DNA of 57,961 nucleotides, the filler included, from Globobulimina sp. (Eukaryota), in assembly GCA_003354225.1 (NCBI GenBank). It is 8 parts of 8 records of this genome, joined end to end, with 100 filler letters (N's around TTAATTAATTAA, not from the genome) between each part and the next. Parts side by side here need not be neighbours in the genome. Positions count along the whole stretch, not along the records: positions 43,599 to 50,731 come from PIVH01000192.1; positions 50,832 to 57,961 come from PIVH01000193.1; 6 more parts are not named here. The stretch is one strand, 5' to 3'. This document shows, in pieces, positions 49,108 through 57,961 of this stretch. The position numbers were made by a program, and so were the translations under genes. The first letter of the stretch is position 1. Each line of letters begins with the position of its first letter. A model generated the notes under the pieces. It saw only the letters and a list, made by a program, of their open reading frames with translations, was not told the origin of the DNA and ran no database searches.

Positions 49108-50731
49108 ATGACATCGTTTACTTTGGTCGATTTGTTGTATATTGTGATTATTGCGATTCCCGCGGCCAACAATGGCATGATAGTTCACACACAATATGGT
49201 GATATCGAAGGGGAAGTGAACAATATTGGTGTGGCCCAATTTAAGAAAATACCATATGCGAAGGCACCAATAGATGATTTACGGTGGGCTCCACCACGAG
49301 AAGCAGAGACATGGTCAGATACTTTAGATGCGAAAGAACAGGACGTATGTTATGTATTTGTAATATACGGTACAAATAATGTAATAAAAAAATATATAAT
49401 AAGGTACCTTCATGTTTACAAGGCTGTGTCCCAAAGGATTGTCCCTTTGAATCTGAAGATTGTTTATATTTAAATATATGGACGCCTGTAGATGCCCATT
49501 ATGGCTCCAATTATGCCGTAATTGTGTGGATCCATGGCGGCAACTTCCATGCCGGAGAAGGCGATGACGAATTGAATGATCCTTCCAATTTTATCAAAAA
49601 TATTGGTGAGTTAATCTTTGTTAACATTCATTACCGGGTTGGTATAATGGGCTTTTTTTATGATAATACATTTGGAACTGGCTTGCGTGGCAACTATGGC
49701 TTTCTCGATCAGTCATTAGCAATAAAATGGGTCTATCAAAATATTGACAGGTTTGGCGGCGATAAGGATAACATTGTAATTGCCGGTGATTCGTCGGGCG
49801 CTGTGGCAGTGTCACTGCATTTATTATTTGCTGCTCAATATATCAAAGCCGGCATCATGCATTCACCGCATGTCATGACTCCATTGCGAGACCCAAAGAC
49901 ATGGTATGATGTCCCTCAACAATTCAGCAAACTCATCAATTGCAGTCATGCGGAGACGGACTCTGACCATTTATTAGATTGTTGGCGCTCTGTCGATGGC
50001 TATGAAATTTTAGCGGTGCAATTGTCTGAATCCGCGTGGCCAAATGGCGCATTGTCAACGAATTGGGCATCAAATGTGCCATGGACTCCTACCGTACACA
50101 CCGCGTTGTTGCCAAATCAACCAATTCATGAATGGCGGAAAGCCGATGTCGAGACGCCGCCATTTATCATTGGCAACACCAAAGATGAAGCTTTTTATGC
50201 CGTGGATCCTCGATTCGAAGCGTACTATGATTATGCAACATTATTTTGGCAGACCAGCGCTATGTGGATGGACCAAGAAATCGCGGCGCAGGTTTTGGGG
50301 TTTTATGGCGTTTCAGAGGAGAGCACGTATTCCGGAAGGAGTTATTTATACGATTATGGTGAGATAGTTACAACAAACCAAAGACATTTATTATTATAAT
50401 TTTGATGTTGTGGACCAAGAATTGTTCACAAATGTATTATGGGCCTCGGCTGACAATTTTGGAGCGTGTTTTGATAAAACGTGCCATTTCACAGATATTC
50501 CATATTTATTTACACCGCCAATATTTACAGAGAATAACTTATTTGACGCTGACACACTTAGCATTGGATTGGAAATGCAAAGGTTGTGGGCAAATTATGC
50601 TAAACAATTAAATCCGAATGGCAATGGCTACCATGTTTGGCCGCGGTACAGCAATAAACGAAATGTGCGGTTTAATTTTTTAAGTATTGCTGGCGTCGAT
50701 GAGTTTGTGGCAAAGTCAACAGTGCTTCGTC
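49108..50731 (+). CDS. Type-B carboxylesterase; intron about 49345-49403; internal deletion/frameshift near 50370; 3' truncated
   Basis: FKKIPYAKAPIDDLRWAPP, SEDCLYLNIW (after splicing), WIHGGNF, GNYGFLDQ, FGGD..AGDSSG (Ser), NTKDE (Glu), CHFTDIPYLF (His). Confidence 0.88.
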
Positions 50732-50831
50732 NNNNNNNNNNNNNNNNNNNNNNNNNNNNNNNNNNNNNNNNNNNNTTAATTAATTAANNNNNNNNNNNNN
50801 NNNNNNNNNNNNNNNNNNNNNNNNNNNNNNN

Positions 50832-51614
50832 GTTGAAGAATTTGCTCATTTTGCATACATTTCGGATATTGAGTTGACACAAAAGATTAACATAAATGAT
50901 AAAAAAGCATTGCAGGATTTATTAAGCAAACACAGTATGATTTTATTCAACCAACAACTGACCAAAGCAACGCAATTATCAGATTTGGCAAAAGTGTTCT
51001 CGCCACGATTACAGCTATTTGGAGACACATTGAATGAGATACAAAAGTATATCGTTGAGAATAGATCGAAAGAGCTGTTAGGCTCTGACTTGTGGCACAG
51101 CGATTTGTCATATCACCCAATACCTTCATATTGCACATTGTTGTATGCCATGGAAGTACCAAACGAATCAAATCAAGGCAACACACAATTTATAAATATG
51201 GAAAAACGTTATGACGCATTACCCGATACATTGAAAGCTTATTATTCGACATTGAAAGGTGTGCATAGAAAATATGAATCGAAAAAGAGCGAAACAATAC
51301 GCAATGATAAGGATACGACACATCCTCTGATCAGAGTACATCCCATCAAAGGCAGTAAAGTAATATTCGCAAATCCAGCATATACTCATAAAGTAATTGA
51401 TGGTGAAACTGGAAATGATTTGGAACAAAGTGGTGAAATATTAGAGGAGATATTTGATCATTGCCTGTCATCAAAGTTTGTGTTTGAACATGAATGGAAT
51501 GCGGGAGATTTATTGATTTGGGATAATATCTCATTGCTACACAAAGCCACCACACTTGCGATGGACCCCAAATTCAAAAGGGTTATGTTGCGGTGCTGCA
51601 CTCTTTGCAATTAA
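50832..51614 (+). CDS. TauD/TfdA family Fe(II)/2-oxoglutarate dioxygenase, 5' truncated
   Basis: WHSDLSY (HxD), GNTQF, HPLIRVHP, W..GDLLIWDN..LLHKA, R.M.R. The frame is open from the contig start. Confidence 0.9.
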   Translation, partial: VEEFAHFAYISDIELTQKININDKKALQDLLSKHSMILFNQQLTKATQLSDLAKVFSPRLQLFGDTLNEIQKYIVENRSKELLGSDLWHSDLSYHPIPSYCTLLYAMEVPNESNQGNTQFINMEKRYDALPDTLKAYYSTLKGVHRKYESKKSETIRNDKDTTHPLIRVHPIKGSKVIFANPAYTHKVIDGETGNDLEQSGEILEEIFDHCLSSKFVFEHEWNAGDLLIWDNISLLHKATTLAMDPKFKRVMLRCCTLCN

Positions 51615-54600
51615 TAGTATTCATTACACGAACATTTGCCATTTTCAAATACATGAACCCGATTTGGATCAGACACAATAAATTTCCTTTGCTCCAAAGC
51701 AGACACAAACTTAATAAAATTATGGCAATCTTGACATATTCTTAAATTTTTGTTTATTACAATTTGATAATCTTTGCTCGTTTTCAATAAACCAAATGAT
51801 AATGCAATTTTTTCCGAATGCCTCAACAAAACGGATTCATTGCTTTCATTGCTTTTTAACTTTCGAGTTATTAATGTTTCATCCAATTCATATCCATATC
51901 CATGCCTCAATTTATTTAATAATTCATACAATTTGTTGTCAATCTCATTCGCATTATACTCGTTATTGCCTTTATAGGCAACGCCAGCCACAAACTTATG
52001 CATTTTGCCATCAATATATATTTCAGACATTGCCTCGGGTTTTGTCCAGCCATTCGCCATTCTCTTATTCCAAATCTCTTCACTTTTCTCATATTCATTA
52101 TAATATCCATAAATATTGCACATCAAAACAGAAGCAGCGGACATCGCACTTTCATTAAAATCTCCAAATTTCACATTCATTTTCTCATAGATGGCACGCG
52201 CCATTTCCTTATTTTTATGCTTATGGCAGCCACTTATTAATGAGACCCACGCAGTGAGCTCTGATGAGGTGCTCTCATTTGTCAATATCAAAGCTTGTGC
52301 TTCTGCCAATTCACCGGCTCTCGCCAAGCAATCAATTAATGTCGATATTACTTTTGGGGAATATTTGATTTCTGCATTTTCTATCTCACTCCAAACACAT
52401 TTGGCTGCCATCACATCGCCGGAATGGCTGCACGCTCCAATCAGATGCATATACGTCTTGATATCGGCGGAGATATCTCTTCTTTTTTGCAAATCGACAA
52501 ATATTTGCATGGCTGAACTCGTGTCTCCATTCCTTGCGAATGCGTGAATCAATGCATTATAAATGCCAATATTCTTTTTATTTTCATTTGAAATGTTATC
52601 AAATATTTCCATACATTTATTTACTTCGCCACATTTGCCGTACATTTTGATTAAATTTATTTGAATGCCAATATCATTCATTATGTCCTTCTCAACTTTT
52701 ATTTTATTATAAATCTCATTTCCAACATGCAAAATAGTGCCATTTGTACACGCTTTCAACGCCGTTACATAACAACCAATCTCTGGCGATAATAATGCAT
52801 TGATTTCCGAAATATGCTCAAATAATTCGATACATTTTGAATATAAATTGCAACACCAAAACGCCTCCATCATGGCACTGATGGTAATGATATTTTTCTT
52901 TTTATTTGCTATATCTTCAAATATTTTCACTGCTTCGTTAATGTCTTGACAATGGCCGTAAAATAAAATCAGTGTGGTTTGCAACTTAATATTTGTGGAT
53001 GGCGACAACTTAATGTTGTTTGCTATTATTTGCTTTCCTTTTTCATATTGTTTTGAGTGAATACAAGCAGTGATTGCCAATAAATGGCAAATATCATCAA
53101 ACAGATCAGTGTCCATACTGTCATATAACAGCAACGCCTTTTCATTCTCGTCATTATCAATATAACTCGACAGCAGTGCATTGAAGCAAATTATATCTCG
53201 TTTGTCAGCCGCAATGCCATAGAATATATGTTCTGCACTCTTTATATCTTTGCAATTCCCGTACATTGTAATCAAACCATTCTTAATTTGCAATTGATTG
53301 TCGTTTAAACCTTGCGATATTAGCATGGAGTGAATGTCTTTCCCTTTTTCCAAATTGCACATAGCTGCACACGCTTTGATGGCTAATGTGTATAAGATGT
53401 CATCCTTGTAATTACTGGTAATATGATCATCAAATAGCAGCAATGCTTTATGTGCTAAGCTATTGTTTGTAAAAGCTTTCATCATCGAACAAACAGAGAC
53501 TGTGTCTTTCTTATAATTTGCAATCGACTCAAATACTTTTATTGCATTATTAATATCGCCACAATCGCCGTAAAAATTAATCAATGTATTTAGGATTTGG
53601 ATACAATGCAAATTATGTTTATTTAAATTGTGTTCATGGATATGTTTCCCAACTGAATAGTTTCTATTCTTTGTGCATATTTTCACTGCTAACAAATGGG
53701 GGACATTCTCATTACACAACTGATGTTTGAATGAATCATAAAGTTGCAATGCTTTATCATCAAACGAATTGTTGATATATATTTTCATCATACAGCCAAC
53801 AGAATAAATTGCATTCTCATTGCCTATATTTGCAAATATCTTATTTGCTGATGAAAGATCCGAAAAATATCCATAAAAATCAATCAATGCGTTGTGTATT
53901 GCAATGCAATTTGGATTATTTTTAATGAAAACCTCAATATTTTTATGTATTTCTTTTCCTTTTATGAGGTCTCCAGAGAGCATACAAGATTTTATTGCAA
54001 ATAAATGAGACACTTCGTCCTTTTCAGCAGTGATGGAGTCATAATAAAACAATGCGATTTCATATTGTCTGAGATGGACAAATCCTTTTATCATCGCATT
54101 AATACTTTGAATATTTTCGTGTTTCAATCCATCAAATAATAATTTCGCAGCAGAAACATCATTGCATTTAAAATAAAATTCAATCAAAGCATTTGCCGCT
54201 TTATTTGTTTTCTTATCGTTGAGATTTTTAATATTTTCTCTAATTTTATTTCCTTTTTCTAAATCACTTCGAAACCCACACGCTTTGATGGCTAATGTAT
54301 GAATAATATCATTTACTTTGATCTTATTATTTAACAATGAAACATCATATAATTCCAATGCATTCTCATATTTCTTGCCATTTATCAGACATTTCATCAA
54401 CGCATTGATTGTCGCAGTATTCTTTGCACCATTTTCTATATTTTCATACACCAATTCTGCTCCATTGGTATCGCCAAAATGGCCATAAAAATCAATCAAC
54501 GCATTGTTCAGCTGGATGGAGTCAATATTTTCGTTCTTATATTTTTCATGAATTTTCTTTCCAAGCAACAAATTATTTGTTTTTATGCACATTTTTATTC

Positions 54601-55467
54601 CCAACATATCAGTCACTGTGTTCTGTAGCGTATTGCATTTGAGATATAATTGCAACGCATTTAAGTGCTGATTGCATTGAATGAGTACTTTCATCATTGC
54701 GCTTAAACTGATTTCATCCTTTTTGGCAATGCCATTAAATACATTGGTCGCTTTTTGGTGATCCTTATAATTTCCATACGCATTAATCAGTGCATTTTGA
54801 ATGATAATATTCTCATTTTGTCCCACAAAGAAATCTTTATCAATTAAACAATGAATATATTCCAATGCATTCGCTTCTTTATTATTGCAACATTTCGATA
54901 TTAGTTTATTGATCAAATATCCTTTCATTTGTAACTGATTGCAATGGGTCTCACTTTCTGTCCATTTCAGCATTTCCACGCATTTATTTATATCCATTTT
55001 ATTGGATTCAATGCAACATTCCAGCCACAAACTGCATACATTGCAAATATTATCCTTTGAGTTTGAATGTTTGTCGATTGATTCTTGAATATCTGTCCAA
55101 ACCAATTGGATTTTGTCACTATAATTGCAATGTAACATTAGTTTCAAGAATGATATTAAAAATGATGGATTTAGCGAATTGTTGAGTTGATGGTAAATAT
55201 CAAAACCGTGCTTCATAACATTATTACGTGAGAATGAGTGTTTCTTTTGGTGCAATCTTTTAATTAATTGAGTTGGGTCGGCATTGGTTGTACAGAAATG
55301 TATGATTGATACTCTGCGGAATAATATACGATCTGTTCAGTTGCATATAAAATTAAAATGTAAAAACAATTGAATTTTCTGGAATATGATGACTGATGAC
55401 AGTACATACTGTGTTGGATCTTGTGTGCTGATGTTTGTCGTATAATTAGTGACTGCTTGCAAGACAT
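51611..55467 (-). CDS. PLS-class PPR protein with E1/E2 and DYW-type cytidine deaminase domain; intron 55333-55409
   Basis: About 8 recurring PPR triplets (NALIDFYG / AMMK / LAIKAC..GK.IH), then GACSHSG, LIDCLARAGEL, WVSLISGC, VLMCNIY, followed by HSEKIA, KNLRICQDCH and HVFENGKCSCNEYY. Exon 1 (55410-55467) splices in frame. Confidence 0.94.
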
Positions 55468-55530
55468 TTCAGGATTTTATCTTTTTTACTCACTTAGTAA
55501 AGTTAATTTTATTAATATTTTTTTCTCGCA

Positions 55531-57298
55531 ATGGACGCGTTTATCCACAAATTAATCACGTTTGGAGGTTCTAAACCTCGTCAAGTAGCCAGAACAGTGT
55601 TTGTATTGCTATTATTTGGTTACGCAACGGGTCGTTTCTCTCGATCTGTATTCCGCCACGGCCTGAAAAGAACCTTATTCTATCTTGGCTTTCTTGCCTG
55701 GAAATCATATAAAGGCAAAACTGGATATCAAAAACAAATGACTGAGATCAAAACTGCATTCCAAGGCAGTTTATACCACCCCGCGGTCAAAAAGACGCCA
55801 ATTAACAAACAGCTCCCAACCAAATCAACCCCCACTTCCGAAATCATAGCGAAATTAAAAAAATGGAGTGCCTACGAAACAGAACTATGGAATGGAAAAA
55901 AGAGAATCTCCTCCGGTGCAGTCTACCATGGCGGCACACAATTGACCTCATTACAAAACGAGGCCTATTCATTATTTTCCATCGCGAATCCCTTACATCC
56001 CGATGTATTCCCATTTACTCGCAAATTGGAATCGGAAGTTATAAGTATGACAATCTCTTATTTTTCGGGCAATCCATACAAACAAAGAGGTTTATTGACT
56101 TGTGGTGGCACGGAGAGCATTTGTATGGCGATTCGAGCGTACAAAAATTGGGCGCGTAGAGTCAAAGGCATATACCATCCGGAATTGGTTGTGCCGCAAT
56201 CCGCACATTCTGCGTTCGGTAAAGCGTGCGAAATGTTTGAGATCAAAGTGATTGCAGTACAGCCAAACCAGACTACATTTGAAGTGGAAGTGGCTGATGT
56301 ACGAAAATGCATCACTTCCAACACAATTGCTTTAGTGGGCAGTGCGCCGCAATATGCACAAGGTGTATTGGACCCGATTGTGAGTTTAAGTAAATTAGCA
56401 TTGGAGTTTGGTATTGGATTGCATGTCGATTGTTGTTTAGGGTCGTTTTTAATGCCTACTATACAGCGAATGGGGTTAAGTTATATTATGGTATAGAAAT
56501 TTCTTGATTTGTATTGTGTTTTTGTGTGTTTTTGCAGTTATGATGTTGCTCCGTTTGATTTTCGTGTGCCGGGAGTGACGACAATCAGTGCAGATACGCA
56601 TAAATTTGGATATGCGCAAAAAGGGACTTCAGTGGTTATGTTTCGAGATAATGAGTTGCGAAGGGATGCGTATTTTGTGCATTCTGAGTCGTCCATTGGT
56701 ATTTATTGTACTCCTACCATTTCAGGTCTGTGCCATGATGGCATTGTTTTTTTTTAGTTAGTGAGGTAAAAAACTTTAGTTGAAATGATTAACTTCAAAA
56801 GGCTCTCGGAGTGGAGGGGTAATAGCAGCGGCATGGTCTGCTATGATGAGTTTAGGAGAGGAAGGATACAGAAAAGAAGCAGAGTTGATAATGGATGCAG
56901 TGAAAGTAATTCGTGATGGAATTGCGGACATTGAGGGTATCAAAGTGGCGGGGAATCCAGTCATGGCTGCGGTTGGTTTTGTATCTGTTTGTGATTTAAA
57001 TGTATATCATATATCATCTGCAATGAGTAAAAGAGGATGGACATTAAATAACTGTCAGGATCCGCCATGTACACATATTTGTGTGACGCGAGCAAATTGC
57101 ATTCAAGCAAAGAAACGCTTTGTTTCAGATTTAAGTGATTCTGTGCTGGACGTGCGTGAAAATCCGGAGGAGTATAAACAATGTGATGGTGCATTGTATG
57201 GTGTTATGGTTTCTTTACCAGATTCTGGTGCAAAAGGGGACATAATGTATGAATATTTGGATGTTATGTTAGGGTTAGTTGACGAACAAGAATCATAA
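55531..57298 (+). CDS. SGPL1: Sphingosine-1-phosphate lyase (PLP-dependent); introns 56475-56537 and about 56726-56801
   Basis: SGAVYHG, NPLHPDVFP, GGTESI, AHSAFGKA, LHVDCCLG, FDFRVPGVTTISADTHKFGY (PLP lysine), GSRSG. Confidence 0.94.
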
Positions 57299-57403
57299 TG
57301 GAAATGAATAACTTAATAACTTAATTAATTCTATAAATTACAACTTCGCTAAAAACTAACCAACAAAAAAAACAGTTAGCGTGTCAAATACATGGCACTG
57401 ACA

Positions 57404-57961
57404 TCATTTCACGATATTTAATAACCACTGTAATACTTGACCATATGCAATAATTTTATTTTTTAATTTAGTAACGCCATGACCTTCATCATCAAATCTC
57501 AATAAAACGGTATTCAAGTTTTTATTTTTTAATTTTTCATAAATTTGAATCGATTCCGAAAGAGGGACTCTCTCATCATTGTCGCCTTGAATTATAAACA
57601 ATGGACATTTTATATCATCAATTTTGTGGATTGGACTGATTTTGATCAATGTCTCCATATCATGGCTCAAACTGCCATATTCCGCCTCTCTTAAAGGTCG
57701 TCTCCAATCTGCAGTATTTTGTAAAAACGTAACAAAATTCGAAATACCCACAATATCGACAGCACAAATAAATATATCCATATACTGTGCAATGGAGGAC
57801 AACACCATAAATCCACCATAACTTCCACCATAAACAATCAATCGCTTCGCATCAACATTGACATCATTTTGTTTCAAATGTTTGGTTAACTCTGAAATAT
57901 CTTTGACGGAATCTAACCGTTTTTCAACATTATCCAAGTCCATGAAAGTACGGCCATAGCC
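57404..57961 (-). CDS. S9 family serine peptidase (prolyl oligopeptidase/acylaminoacyl peptidase-like), 5' truncated by the window
   Basis: GGSYGG (Ser), QGDNDERVP (Asp), DEGHG (His). Confidence 0.93.
   Translation of the reverse strand, partial: GYGRTFMDLDNVEKRLDSVKDISELTKHLKQNDVNVDAKRLIVYGGSYGGFMVLSSIAQYMDIFICAVDIVGISNFVTFLQNTADWRRPLREAEYGSLSHDMETLIKISPIHKIDDIKCPLFIIQGDNDERVPLSESIQIYEKLKNKNLNTVLLRFDDEGHGVTKLKNKIIAYGQVLQWLLNIVK

Noticed and set aside
1-57961. Functional gene cluster across the window (lipid, GPI and splicing genes)
   Set aside because: The contigs are unrelated and sorted by length, so adjacency across linkers means nothing.

Overview
This window is not one locus. It is eight unrelated contigs of about 7.1-7.2 kb, in descending length order (1-7215, 7316-14483, 14584-21744, 21845-29001, 29102-36252, 36353-43498, 43599-50731, 50832-57961), joined by artificial 100-nt N44-TTAATTAATTAA-N44 linkers. 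The DNA is AT-rich, gene-dense and eukaryotic, with the standard code and short GT-AG introns. A foraminiferan/rhizarian host is inferred from recurrent 'GYIR...IP..I...FY' motifs and PT-rich repeats, but this is not proven. Recognisable genes: VPS13, PIG-O, TLDc, a 7TM protein, kinesin-14, phospholipase D, C2, MYND-SAM-U-box, NIPA, EED-like WD40, EamA/SLC35G, a GT77-like glycosyltransferase, a Kelch surface protein, SF3B5, a REJ-GAIN/GPS-7TM adhesion receptor, a MIR protein, PRP38, carboxylesterase, TauD, S1P lyase and an S9 peptidase. There are two main highlights. (1) Contig 36353-43498 is a DIRS-order tyrosine-recombinase retroelement (gag zinc knuckle, RT/RNase H, YR) that closes on itself through an exact 119-nt end overlap. 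Each of its three downstream reading frames opens just before a phase-1 splice acceptor that matches phase-1 donors, which suggests an intron-containing retroelement expressed by alternative splicing. (2) A complete plant-type PLS-E-DYW PPR deaminase carries a spliced, mitochondrial-presequence-like N-terminus and ends in non-canonical EYY, pointing to organellar RNA editing in this protist.
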